A DNA stretch of 63,654 nt, counting the filler, from Aduncisulcus paluster (Eukaryota): assembly GCA_024181965.1 (NCBI GenBank). It is 15 parts of 15 records of this genome, joined end to end, with 100 filler letters (N's around TTAATTAATTAA, not from the genome) between each part and the next. Parts side by side here need not be neighbours in the genome. Positions count along the whole stretch, not along the records: positions 23,383 to 25,657 come from BQXS01011788.1; positions 25,758 to 28,187 come from BQXS01011789.1; positions 28,288 to 40,904 come from BQXS01011790.1; 12 more parts are not named here. One strand, 5' to 3'. The notes under the pieces were generated by a model that was not told the DNA's origin, did not search any database, and saw only the letters and a list, made by a program, of their open reading frames with translations. Below, in pieces: positions 23,838-35,834 of the stretch; the stretch's first letter is position 1; every line of letters starts with the position of its first letter. A program made the position numbers and the translations under genes.

Positions 23838-25657
23838 TTAGTATTCATCATCAAAGCTTTCGAAATTATCACTTTCCTCTTCAAGACGCTTCCTTTCTTC
23901 TTCCATATGTTTTCTCTCCTCTTCTCTGCGTTTCTTTTCTTCCTCTCTCCTCTTTTTCTCCTCTTCTCTTCTCTTCTTCTCCTCTTCTTTTTTCCTTTCA
24001 TCTTCCTCCTTCTTTTTCGCCACAGCTTCAGACACTTCTTTCTTTACAGATTCACAGAGTTTTTGCAATTCTTTCAACCGTTCCTCTCTTGTAACCAATG
24101 ATTTCTCAAGTTCCTCAATTTGGGTCTCTTTGGCCTCCATATTGGCTTTGATACTCTCCACTCGGGCAGATTGCTCACGGATAACCATGCCCCGTCTCTC
24201 GACGACATCAAGACGGTGCATGAGGTCACCAGACACATCAGGACAACTTCCCAACTCCTCAGCTATCCTGCGAACTTCATTCTCAAACTCCATCAACCCT
24301 TCATACGCAACAACAGACCCGAGATCCTCACCAGAAGAGGCCACACGGTCACATGAAGATGACAGTTTGGATAATGTTGCCTTGAGCTTCTTGAGAGAGG
24401 CTTCACGGTCTTTCATGGATGCGGAGAGGGAAGAAGTAGCATGTTTGAGGGATGTAACATCCTTAAGAAGGGAATTAATCACAGCAACATTGGATGATAG
24501 TGTTGTTGAGAGCTCAGAAGAGGAAGGACGAGGAATGGGGCGAGCAGATCCATCAGCAGACCTGGCTTGAATATCAACCACCGATTGCTTGGTCTTCTCA
24601 TCCTCAGTTCTGACCGTCTCTAATCTCTCCGAGTGGACCTCTATTCCACTGACAGCTCCTTTCACATCCTCAGTGCACCCAGTTAAACGCTCAAGCCATT
24701 TCTGATAGCCCAATGGCCGATTAGGGGAGAGTAGAGAGGAACATGAGCGTGCAAGATGTTCAGCCAACTCGAGATGAGCTTTCCTTCTGTCGTCTTTCTC
24801 CACTCCAAACTCTACACTCAAGGAATGCAAAGGACCCATCAAGAGCTCAGTCAATCTTGAAGAAGATTTATGGAAACTGGCGGTAGATGGAGAGGCTGAT
24901 GTATTCTTGATGGTTTTCTCAATGGCATCAACAAGTTCATTTGCAATTTTAGTCCTTTCTGTGGACATAGTTGAGAAGATTGACTTTCCAGGAGTTTCCT
25001 TAAAAACACTGGAGGTGGATGATTTCTTCGATAATACAAGATCTTCCTCTTCTTCCTCTTCTCCTCGCTTGATTTCATCCCACACTTTTGTCCTCTCTGC
25101 CCTTCTCCTCTCAAGTTCAATGATCATCTTTGGACCACCCCTCCATTTCCACATGTCATTCTGATAGAACTCACCGTCACTGCCTCCAAAGATAATGAGG
25201 GAGTCTGAGCACATTGTGGGAGCTATCTCTGGTGTCATGGACTCAGAGGCTCCAACCCTGGATATCAGACTGCCTCCAACCATTCCAACTGCACACATCC
25301 CATGCCTTGGCACAGGGTAATGGGATATTAAACTCTTATCGACACCTTCAGAGACCCATCCAGACCCTCCAAAAGCACCACCAATACCATCACTCGCGAT
25401 ATCCCACTCACCATGGATGGAATCATACATCCAAATGTCTCCACAAGGTCCATGTTCCCCACTGCCTCCAAATACAAAGATAACAGAAGATATAGAGAAC
25501 ATAGCACACTCTGTACGAGCACAGGGGAAGGATCCAAGATCAACGGGGAGTTCGGACTTCTTGGCTCCAGAATAGAATGCATCGAGATATGAATTGTTCC
25601 TTAGACTCTCACAGCCCTTGGCGGATTCCCATTGACCATTGAGAACGTTAAGTTTCC
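23838..25657 (-). CDS. Kelch-repeat protein with C-terminal coiled coil (5' partial)
   Basis: Frame is open to the gap. FPCART..IFVFGG..DIWMYD and PVPRHG..IIFGGSDG..NDMWKW, followed by a charged coiled-coil tail. Confidence 0.8.
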
Positions 25658-25757
25658 NNNNNNNNNNNNNNNNNNNNNNNNNNNNNNNNNNNNNNNNNNN
25701 NTTAATTAATTAANNNNNNNNNNNNNNNNNNNNNNNNNNNNNNNNNNNNNNNNNNNN

Positions 25758-26448
25758 AGCGAAGACATCTTCAACTAGCTCTCGTTTTTCTTTTTTTTCA
25801 AGACAAAGATTCCTTAATTGTTTGGAAAATTTCTTTTTAATATACGAAACTTCTTCTTTATGTGACATTTATAGAGAAGGTGGTATTCCTGAACCCCCAC
25901 ACTGTTTTGTATGTGTATTAAGTACAACCGATCGAGATGAAATGGCTAGACTAATTGGAAGCTCAAACAAATCTGCAAAATCCAGCAGTGATTTCATCGA
26001 ATCGTCGTTTGTTGAGGAGAAACAGCCAAAGCCAAAACCCTCCAAAACAATGTCAGACAAAAGGGGCAAACTTAAAAAGAAAAGAAAGAATAATGGGATC
26101 GCAGGTGCATGTACATGTGCTGGGAAGTGTCTATATAAAAGTTGCCCCTGTGTCGCAGCCAAAATGAAGTGTTCAAAGAACTGCCATCAGAAACCTAAGA
26201 ATGCAACATGTAAAAATAAGTAAATATCAATTAAATTCATAAATTAATGCATATTTATTTTTTTATTTATCAATATCATCAGTCAATGATTAGTTTCAGC
26301 CTACTCAATATGAAAAGGTATTTGGAGTGGAAGGATTAAGTTTTGAAGCATTAGAAAACCTAAATAAACATATTTATATCATGACGGATAATAATTCTTT
26401 AATTTTAAAATGTCGGAATCCGCCATGTCGGAAATCGAATTCATCCTT
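25758..26448 (+). mobile_element. Second putative DNA-transposon 3' end (ORF stop at 26223)
   Basis: KKRKNNGIAGACTCAGKCLYKSCPCVAAKMKCSKNCH..CKNK*. Terminal GTCGGAATCCGCCATGTCGGAAATCGAATTCATCCTT at 26412-26448. Confidence 0.55.
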
Positions 26449-26577
26449 CATATTTTGTACGTCATTCCAAATTTGACGTGATTTTTTCTCGGTCTATTTT
26501 TTTCTTAGATCCTCCTTAATCTTTGTTTCCTTGATTTTGCTAAATTTTCAGAGGCCTATTCGTAGACATTCTATTTT

Positions 26578-28187
26578 ATGACCGTTATCTCGAGTATTAC
26601 AAGCATTATATCTACTAATGAGCAACTTCCGCTTAGAATAACCGTTTGTACACCCGAATTGGCTCCCTTTTTCTCAACTGGATCGATAGGAAACTTTGCA
26701 GAAAATCTCTCTTTCAACCTGTCGAGATTGGGACATAATGTCTCAATTGTAACCCCAATGTATGGGCCTTTCTATAGCCTTTTTGCTCATAACCATGAGT
26801 TTGTTCCTCTTCCTCTTCCAGGTGTTTTTGAATCTATGAAAATCGGATATTATGAAGTAGCTCTTCCTGTCTATGGATCATGCTACTCCGCACCATCTAT
26901 ATCCCCAGAATCACGATTATTTAAAGCTTCTTCTTCCATTTTATCCTGGAAGAGTGTTGTATTTCCTGAATGTCTTTCTGTTGAAAAAGAATTGCGAAAA
27001 TATACTGAATCTAAAGATTCCCGATCGACCAAAACTTGTAAACGATCTCAACATCTTCCAGTTAAAACAGAAACCTTATCTAAGCCGAATTCTACCGTTT
27101 CTGTTCCTCTTGTCCATAGTGTTGATGAATGTATGAACAAAGACAGTTCTGTACAAGACATTGAGCGTACTGGTGACGATGAAGAGCAAGAAGAGCTCTC
27201 AATATCGAATGAAGATGATGAGAAGATGTCCTTCCACCATCGTCAGGAAGATTCAGATTCCCTTGATACGATTGCCCATCATTCTTTTCCATCGTCTTCC
27301 ATTCTTGGTTTTATTAAGATTTATTTCATATCTTGTCCCCTATTTTCTTCTGTTGGCCATCCTTATGCTCGTGGAATCCCAGAGGTTGAGCGCGATTGTC
27401 ATGTTCTCCATGTGGATGAGTTTCTCATCGATGTGAATGATCCTTCCTTCCTGAAGCCAAGGAAAAAGATTCCAAAATGCGATAAGATGCCCGATGCACG
27501 AGTGTTCACCCAGCATCAGCCTGATCAGATGTCTGTTGCTCTTTATAACTTGGCCTGTGCCCATATTCTCAATCGGACAATCGATTCGGACGTGTGTCAC
27601 TGTGTTGGTGAAGATGGAGGATTCATTCCACTTATCTATAAGACTCTACGATATGGATTAGAAGTCCACTCTACTGGAGCAGATCAAGATACTTCGACAT
27701 TCACACTGAAAAAGGGTGAAGAATTGAAGCAACTCCATCAAATCGGTGCTTTTGGTGGTCAAAGTTCATTGTCCATTTGTACCCGAGGTTCTGAGATACC
27801 TCCGGACTTCATCTTTCACCCCTCTGATTCCAAAGGATCTATATCCGAGCAGTCAATCCCATCTTACCATACTACCCTTCCACCATATGGGACAGGCAGT
27901 GTGACACAGAACCCTGACCCTATTCCCAAGTTTATCTTCACCCCCTTTCATCTCTCCTTCTCTTATCTTCTCTTCCCTCCTTCCTTCCTTGACCTTGTCT
28001 CTCTCCCCCACTCTCTCTTCACGTTGCCCGTGGAGCAGTCTATCTGTGAGTTCTATGGCTGCGTGAGCGTGTTCAAGTGTGGTTGTGTGTGCAGCGATCG
28101 TGTGCTTGTCGGCGGAACTGGTTTTGTTCGTTCTCTCATCCGTGAAGGCGGAGGCGACGTAAAGATCAAAATTACACGCAAGAATAG
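26578..28187 (+). CDS. Divergent starch/glycogen synthase (GT5)-like protein, N-terminal part (3' partial)
   Basis: ELAPFFSTGSIG..LSRLGHNVSIVTPMY, IYFISCPLF, DVCHC and EFYGCVSVFKCG..SDRV follow GlgA motif order. Confidence 0.75.
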
Positions 28188-28287
28188 NNNNNNNNNNNNN
28201 NNNNNNNNNNNNNNNNNNNNNNNNNNNNNNNTTAATTAATTAANNNNNNNNNNNNNNNNNNNNNNNNNNNNNNNNNNNNNNNNNNNN

Positions 28288-29867
28288 GATACATTGACAA
28301 TACAAACAATGCTGTTATTATCGATATTGGAGACACTGTGTCAACAGCCATCACAATTTACATTACAGTTGAGCTGTTCACTTCCTCTGGTTCTATTGGC
28401 GCCAATGTTGGTGGTGCCCACGCTTCTATCGCTTGGCATGTCATTACCACACTCGACACTGACACCAAACAAACATTCACCATGTCAGCCAACTCTCAGA
28501 AGTTCTACCAATGGACCACTCCGGTCGAAAACGTCGGTCAATGGCTCAACATTGTCGTCGCCCCTGAATTTGGAACTGGAGATGAGCCCGATGAAGAATT
28601 CTATTCCAAATATCTTGACATTTATGCCGTTCGTAACAGTATTGGTCCTGCTCCTGTTGGTAATGGAACTCCCTCAAATGAAGGAACCAACATTATCCTC
28701 CCTGGGCCAAACAACTACTCTCTCCGTTCCCTTGATGGTGGTGTCCAAGTTCTCTCTTTCAGTGCCAGTGACACCAAGGGAACCCAGGTCTACGTGGCTC
28801 TCTACGCCTCCCCTGAATTGACTGATGATCATAGTTTCTCAATTCAGTATGTGACTGATATGGATCAAGATCTCACTCCTGTTAGCTTCAACAACGTCCG
28901 TACGTCTGCTTCGATCTCTTCCAAGAGTTACGAGCATTTCTATCACCGTGTTGAAGCAGCCCCTGAGTTCATTGTCATCAGTCCCTGTGTCGGACGTCCA
29001 GCCGTTGACATGAGCAAGTGTGATCCTCTTGTGGGTCCCAACGAAGGAACTACAAAGAGTGCTTCTTGGGGTGATGAATTCAGTTTCAATATTGGAAATG
29101 ACTATGAAAAAGATAGTAATGTCTTCCTTACTCTCTGGGAACTTGGAGGATCCGCTCAAATTGATGACTATACTTTCTCTGCCGAGATTTATGCCTTCAC
29201 TTCTGAGATTCGTCCTTATCCCGAAATGGGAGGAACATGGAAGGTTGATAAGATCACGAACAAATACCTCCGCGTGAAGTTCCCTCCAGCCCTGAATGCC
29301 ATCTCTGGATCTTATGATAATATTGAATATACTGTGTATGCAGTTGATTACTTTGACATGGATTCAGCCAACCCATACACTGCCCCTGTTGTCAACACTG
29401 TTTGTGGTATGACCTCAGGAGGTGGGACTCCTCTTTATGAGGATTCCGACACACATAGCAAGTGGAAATCCTATAGTCTTTCCGATCTTGATGATGAGGG
29501 TTTGTTAACCCTCAAGATTCCTTTCTATAATAGTACTCTCAAACGTAATGTGGTTGATCCCAACAAGAGTTACTATATGAATGTTGTCGCCAGAGATACA
29601 TCCACCATGTTCGCTCGTGCTTACGGTGCCCTGCGTGTTGACGTTGAATCTGTAAGCAACCACCGTGCTGGACTTATCTGGGGAATTATCATTGGAATCC
29701 TTATTGGTGGTCTATTGATCGCGGGTCTTATTTATTTGTTGGTCAAATACTACAAGCAGAAAACTAGCATGAACCTTGGTGATGATCTTATTGGTACCAA
29801 CGCCGAAAGATCTCCGGTTGGAACCGGTAGTGGTTACACTGCTCTTGAAGGAGACACCGATTTTTAA
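28288..29867 (+). CDS. Type I membrane protein with beta-rich ectodomain and FN3-like membrane-proximal domain (5' partial)
   Basis: Frame is open from the gap. Single TM (LIWGIIIGILIGGLLIAGLIYLLV) and short tail ending in a YTAL sorting-like motif. Confidence 0.75.
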
Positions 29868-30405
29868 GTATCTCAATGTGATCTAACAAGCACCTAATTT
29901 GGAATTTACCATTTTTTTTTATTGATTTTGTCGTCTTTCCCTTTTTTTTATCCATGGACTGACGATTCCAAAACTCTCTAACTGTCAAATTTTATAGTTG
30001 ATGGAAGGAAGCCCCTCTAACACATTAATTACTTGAATAATTTATTTCTTCTATCCGTTATTTGTCAACCCCTAATTTTCGGGAGTTTTCTTGGGAAATA
30101 AATAAATATACGCCTTGCTATTTCAATTGTAGTTTTCGACCGTGTCGCCATCTTATAAATATAAATCAGCCGATTCGAATCGGATATTTGAGTCGAGAAG
30201 GACAAGAAACAAGCGAGTTTAATTCAATTCCAAACCAAAGATTTCTCCCCAAAACTCGGAAGCAGGCAAAAAAAATAGATAAGAAACTTGTACAGAAACT
30301 AAACAAAACCATCGGATTTAACAATACAAATGGTTTTATATAAATAATTGTTTTAATAAAAATAAAAGTTGAGAAATTTCTCTCGACTCGAAAATATTTA
30401 ACCAC

Positions 30406-33400
30406 TCAAATCATTCCTTCGAGAGAATTGAAGATTCCATGCTGGAAATATTCACAAACACCGAGCAAAACACTCGTTTCCTGTTGATTGACGACATATA
30501 AATCCATATTATCTGCAAATTTCATCTCTTCTTTCTTTCTGAACTTTTTGGATTTCAACTTGGCTTCCAACTTCTTTCTCCTTTCAGCATCCAGCATTTC
30601 ACAGCAATCAAGTCCAAACAATAATCTTTTCAAGAAAGTACGATCTGTACATCCACGGACAACTCCTTCGCCACTGAAAGAAGTGGGAACATACACATTT
30701 TTCCCAGGATTCTCTTGTTGAATGTGGGTAAGTATACAAGACAAAAAGAGCTGAGATTTCTCAATATAGCGTCGAATGAATAAATATGAATGATTTTGAA
30801 GAATAACACCACTTGTCATACGCCTGGCATCAATATCTTCTTCGGATGGAGCACGACCGATGCTAAGTTGTTCAAGTTGGCGCATTTTCTCACGCATCAG
30901 TGCGGCCGCAAATAGATCAGAACAGAAGTTGTGGATAGACATTGGGGATCTCGTGTGAGGCTGAAGAATCTTGACACACTCCATGCATGTCTTCTTAATA
31001 GTTTTTAATACATTCATAACACTGTGAATATGGGATAAAGAAGGATATTCTGAAGAAGACATTGGATTCTGAGCCTCTTCAGTTCGCTTCTTCTCGTCAC
31101 GTTTTTCCCTTTCCCTATCTTTTTCCTTGATTTGCTCCGAAAGTGGAATGAGAGCTGGATTCCTTGGTTTTCCTTTTCTATTCCACATTCCAACCGTTAA
31201 TTCAGGCATAGGAATTGGAAAATCTTCATTTCCAGAATCATCATCTTCACTTGGACTACAAACAACAACCGCCTCAACCCCTTTCCTTTTTTGACGGCCA
31301 CTCTCGCTCTTATGAAGCTGATAAATATGCACATCGTCACGACTAATAAGCTGAGTGGAAGAAGAGCTTCTGAATCGCTCGATCTCTCTGACATCACACT
31401 CGCTCAAACCTCTTTTCCTCACACGAATACGTTCCGAACCAACACGATCGCGTGTAAATCTTTCATTGTCCACAGATGTTTCTGTCCTAGACCCATCTGG
31501 TCTAGAATGTCTATTTTGGGATCTCTGAGAATCTTCTTCCTCAATGCCTTGCCCACCAACACCAACACATTTGAGAAGACAAGAAGATTGGAGGAATTTG
31601 CATCTCAATGGTAAATACAATGGAAGCGGAGGAGTCAAAGCAACCGAGCGAAGACAATGCCTTGAAGGTTCCGGAGAACTTGAAGAAAGATCGGGATCAA
31701 TGCGAAGAATAGCTAACCTGTGAGGAACAGAAGTGAGAATATCAGCTTCAATGTTCCTTCCTTCGATCCAACTCGAATGAAGGCCTTGAAGGGGAACATG
31801 GCTAAATATAGAATGAGAATGATGTGGTGAACAAAAATAGGTATTGACTCTCTCAGAAGGAGGTAAGAAATGAGAAAAGAACCAAATGTGGAAATTCACT
31901 AAGTCATAATCATCTCCGATAATGACAAAATGGAAAGAAGAAAGCAACAAAGCAGACAAACAAAGAGATAAGAGCTTTGGTTTATAGTCAATTGAAGTGT
32001 ATGGGAACAAATCTCTTGTCCATTCGAAAAATTGAGGTTTTTCAGGAAATGATATAGTTTGACTTTGGGAAGAAATGTCAGCTTGGTGATGATCATGATG
32101 ATGATCAGATTCATCGGCTTCCATTTCTTCTTCAGCAACTTTCTCAAATCTATTTTTGTTTTTTACCATTCCGCTCTGACCATCTCGCAAGACTCCAGGC
32201 TGAGACGGAGAGAATTGAGGAGATAAATGTGTTGTGGGAGATGACTGCCTTTCCCCAGATGGACCATCGCCAGCCACACCAGAGCTGGCAACACCGGAAG
32301 GGGTGACATTTCTAAATATAGATTGAGAAAGAACTTGCATTGCCATTGCTGGACTTTTGTTCACGACAGGACTCAACAGAATGCAGGAAGAATTGATATT
32401 TTGGGCAGTGTGAGAAAATGAACGATGAGAAAGAAGCGTAGATAATAATGTAACATCTTCCTCACAAATCGGAGATAGTTCAGATGTGATGGAAGTAGAA
32501 GACATTGAAGAGGAAGAGGATGAAGAGGAACGATCTCGTTCCCGAGAAGCAAACTCATCCACATCATCTTCACCATTGAGAGAACACGAATGTGTTTTTT
32601 TTGTANNNNNNNNNNNNNNNNNNNNAACATCTTCCTCACAAATCGGAGATAGTTCAGATGTGATGGAAGTAGAAGACATTGAAGAGGAAGAGGATGAAGA
32701 GGAACGATCTCGTTCCCGAGAAGCAAACTCATCCACATCATCTTCACCATTGAGAGAACACGAATGTGTTTTTTTTGTAGCAGCTTCAAGAAGAGATAAT
32801 AGGGGATTGGCTCCAAATTGTTTATGATACACATCAACACAGCCATCAGAAGGAATTCCAATGACGGGAGTCGTCAGATCAGCCTGGGAAATCAATGAAT
32901 ATTCAGCTCCAAAAGGAGAGACGATAGGTGACACAAAACCACTATGGATAATGTCAGATTGTGAAGGTTGAGTTCTTGTCGGAGTTTCTGTCTGTTGTTG
33001 ACAAACAAAACCAGATTCAACTTCACGTGGCACGGATAAGTCATCTTTGATATCCTTTCCTTCAGTTGGGTCAGCACTTTCTTCTGATTTCCTCTCAGGA
33101 TATTTTTCAGACACGAGAGTACTCTTTGTGACATCACAATATTGAATCGAATCAATCAAAGTTCTTGACACATTATGTATATGTTCATCATTTTCTTCCT
33201 CCCCAAACAACCCAGAATTAATTCCCGTTTCACCAGATTGAATCCTCTTCCACCGTTCTTTCTCTTCTGCCATCCATCTTCTAATAATAGTCATTGAGAC
33301 AGAATATGGGGAGCTATAAATAGCAAATTCATCGGCTGAGTAAGTCCTGACTCCGACGACATCTTCACCACCCCATCCAAAAATATTACTGACACTGGCG

Positions 33401-35427
33401 ATATTTGAGTAGAGTCCACTGACTGCCGGAGAAACATCCTCAATGGAAGAGAGAAGAGCAAACAACTCTCTTTCTTGCTCTTTTCTCTTGATTTCATCCC
33501 TTTCGTCTACAGTTAAGGCAGATACATCATCTCCTTGAAGGGCGGAACTCAGATCAAGGATATGTGAACATTGTTCTTCTCCCACGCAATCTTCTTCTTC
33601 TTTTCGTCTAACCTTTTCTTTCTTCCTCTTCTTCCTTCTCCTCTTTTTCCCAGTCGTATTCATAACGGCAAAGTGACCCCCATAACTACATTGTCCTATA
33701 CTCTCTCTCCAACCCACACCAAGCCAGAAGGAAAGATCAGAGAGCAAAAGCATTGAGAAAGGTTTGATTGGAGTCAAGGAAAGGAAATTGAGATCATGGA
33801 TGGAATGGAGATATTGTTTATGTCCTGCATTCCCAATCCCCCCAGCATTAACTTTAGATTTATCTTTTAGAGACAATAGCCTTTTCTTTAAGGATTTTTC
33901 TTCATTCAAACGTGTGCCTACAATTCCACGAAGCATTCCACCCAGACCACACCCACACACACTCTCGGCGGTCTCCCGAACACCCTCCAAACCAGTGGCA
34001 TATAGCATACGACGGCATACACACATACACACGCCACGTTGAAGACACATTGAGAGTAGAGTTGCACAGGAGACAAGATAGGGTGAAAGAGAACGAGCAA
34101 GGATGGAGAGATCGTGGACGGACGGAGAAGAGAGGAGGATGGAGAGTGAAAATGTTGTGGTTGGTTGGGAGAAGAGTGTGTGATGGATGTCATCGAACTC
34201 ATCACCACAGCATAGGCACATAGATTCCTTGGGGCATACACATCCAGCACAACTACAACAAGGTTGGAAAGAAGGGATAGAAGAGGCGTGATCGTCTTCT
34301 TCATGTTGATCCCAGTCATTATCAACGGCCTTACTTGTCTCCTTGCGGGCCGGATTCTTTGAATCAAGCACAAACATATCATCTTTCACATCTTGAAGAG
34401 CAGTGATATCAATATTAGGGGTGAGGCTGGAGGGAGAGGCAGTAACTGACATCGATCTAGGACGTCTGGAGACTGTAGGAGTCGCGCTACAACGTGTTGA
34501 AGGAGAACGTTTTGCAGTTCCACGCTTACGGCGTTGATGAGCTTCCCTTTTCCGCTTCTTCATTTCTTTGGGACTTAATGACACGGTAAATTGAGCAACT
34601 AACAAGAGAGAAGGCATTGATTTATCACTAACAGCGAAAGATGAAGACGAATCGGTAGATTTGGTGGGATTTTCAGTAATATTGGGAATATCGGAAGTTT
34701 TGTTCGAAACATTGAAATAAAGTTCTTTAATTTCTATTTCAGATGACATTGAATTACTGTTAGGGGTTGATTCTTCGAATTGCGACGGACTTTTGCCCTC
34801 GGCTTGTTGAGAATGGTGGAGAAGAGAAGACGATGAACCAAACATTGACATTCCTCGTTTTCTACCAATAATACCTTTTCCAACCTCAAGTTGTGTCTCT
34901 CGATGTCTTGGATCAACGAATGGCGAAGCAGGATTGAAAGAGGAAGAATCTGGAAGAACCATACTAATTGAAGCGGCTAACGACCCAGATTTGGTATTTT
35001 CAGCAACAGGATATTTCTGAGATTGATGAGCTGAAACGGAATATGCTCGTCTAGCCCGTTTCCATGAGGAAGATCTTTTTCGAGTAACAATTTGATCAGT
35101 TTTAGGTTGCTCCATGGCCATCATTTGTTCTAATTGCCTCTCCAATTCTCCCGAAAGCGCTAAAGTAGCATATTTCATTGAGTTATCATATTGAGATTTG
35201 AAACTATCAGTGTTATGCTTATTAATACAATAAACACGTTCTTTATCAATCCATTTATCAGCAAATTCGATTCTTGGACCATATTGCCTATCAAAATAAC
35301 ATAATTGAATCTCTTTTAAGGGTTTATGATGGGTGTGGAAGAAATTGAAAGAATCTCCACTCATTCCCCTATGATCTGTCTTAATATCCTTTTCATAAGA
35401 ATGAATATCAATGGAATGTCGATCCAT
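30406..35427 (-). CDS. C9orf72-like DENN-family protein with large low-complexity insertions
   Basis: YFDRQYGPRI, ALSGEL, LSLCLSALL..FVIIGDDYDLVN..FSHFLP and PLQGL occur in the order of conserved C9orf72 blocks (recalled, not searched). About 155 bp are duplicated artefactually at gap 32606. Confidence 0.6.
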   Translation of the reverse strand: MDRHSIDIHSYEKDIKTDHRGMSGDSFNFFHTHHKPLKEIQLCYFDRQYGPRIEFADKWIDKERVYCINKHNTDSFKSQYDNSMKYATLALSGELERQLEQMMAMEQPKTDQIVTRKRSSSWKRARRAYSVSAHQSQKYPVAENTKSGSLAASISMVLPDSSSFNPASPFVDPRHRETQLEVGKGIIGRKRGMSMFGSSSSLLHHSQQAEGKSPSQFEESTPNSNSMSSEIEIKELYFNVSNKTSDIPNITENPTKSTDSSSSFAVSDKSMPSLLLVAQFTVSLSPKEMKKRKREAHQRRKRGTAKRSPSTRCSATPTVSRRPRSMSVTASPSSLTPNIDITALQDVKDDMFVLDSKNPARKETSKAVDNDWDQHEEDDHASSIPSFQPCCSCAGCVCPKESMCLCCGDEFDDIHHTLFSQPTTTFSLSILLSSPSVHDLSILARSLSPYLVSCATLLSMCLQRGVCMCVCRRMLYATGLEGVRETAESVCGCGLGGMLRGIVGTRLNEEKSLKKRLLSLKDKSKVNAGGIGNAGHKQYLHSIHDLNFLSLTPIKPFSMLLLSDLSFWLGVGWRESIGQCSYGGHFAVMNTTGKKRRRKKRKKEKVRRKEEEDCVGEEQCSHILDLSSALQGDDVSALTVDERDEIKRKEQERELFALLSSIEDVSPAVSGLYSNIASVSNIFGWGGEDVVGVRTYSADEFAIYSSPYSVSMTIIRRWMAEEKERWKRIQSGETGINSGLFGEEENDEHIHNVSRTLIDSIQYCDVTKSTLVSEKYPERKSEESADPTEGKDIKDDLSVPREVESGFVCQQQTETPTRTQPSQSDIIHSGFVSPIVSPFGAEYSLISQADLTTPVIGIPSDGCVDVYHKQFGANPLLSLLEAATKKTHSCSLNGEDDVDEFASRERDRSSSSSSSSMSSTSITSELSPICEEDVXXXXXXXTKKTHSCSLNGEDDVDEFASRERDRSSSSSSSSMSSTSITSELSPICEEDVTLLSTLLSHRSFSHTAQNINSSCILLSPVVNKSPAMAMQVLSQSIFRNVTPSGVASSGVAGDGPSGERQSSPTTHLSPQFSPSQPGVLRDGQSGMVKNKNRFEKVAEEEMEADESDHHHDHHQADISSQSQTISFPEKPQFFEWTRDLFPYTSIDYKPKLLSLCLSALLLSSFHFVIIGDDYDLVNFHIWFFSHFLPPSERVNTYFCSPHHSHSIFSHVPLQGLHSSWIEGRNIEADILTSVPHRLAILRIDPDLSSSSPEPSRHCLRSVALTPPLPLYLPLRCKFLQSSCLLKCVGVGGQGIEEEDSQRSQNRHSRPDGSRTETSVDNERFTRDRVGSERIRVRKRGLSECDVREIERFRSSSSTQLISRDDVHIYQLHKSESGRQKRKGVEAVVVCSPSEDDDSGNEDFPIPMPELTVGMWNRKGKPRNPALIPLSEQIKEKDREREKRDEKKRTEEAQNPMSSSEYPSLSHIHSVMNVLKTIKKTCMECVKILQPHTRSPMSIHNFCSDLFAAALMREKMRQLEQLSIGRAPSEEDIDARRMTSGVILQNHSYLFIRRYIEKSQLFLSCILTHIQQENPGKNVYVPTSFSGEGVVRGCTDRTFLKRLLFGLDCCEMLDAERRKKLEAKLKSKKFRKKEEMKFADNMDLYVVNQQETSVLLGVCEYFQHGIFNSLEGMI
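32606..32625. other. 20-N scaffold gap with duplicated overlap; first of 5
   Basis: Sequence before the gap is repeated after it. The same occurs at 39229, 50120, 51630 and 53240. Confidence 0.95.
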
Positions 35428-35834
35428 CAATAATTTAAACTAATAGATGTTAGCAAAATGTAATTTCGGTCGAAAAACATTGTATGAAGCTTATTGAAAG
35501 ATTTCAACGGTTTTATTGGATTAACATATGCACAGTATATTCTTATATTTGTTTATTTGGATAATATTATGCTGTACTTCACCGAAGAGAATCTTTTATT
35601 GTTTGGGAGGAAACAACGGTACTATATAAATACTCTTAACATCAACACATATCACACAATACAAATTAAAATGTTTGAAGAGGAACGACGAAAAATAAAT
35701 CATTTTACACAGTAATGGCACAAAAATAGGTTCGAAGCGGAGAGTAGAAAACATGAAAATATCAAATAATATAAGATTCGTAACATTGCGCTATTCATAA
35801 CACAAATATAATCAATTTAATTCGATATTTCTCT

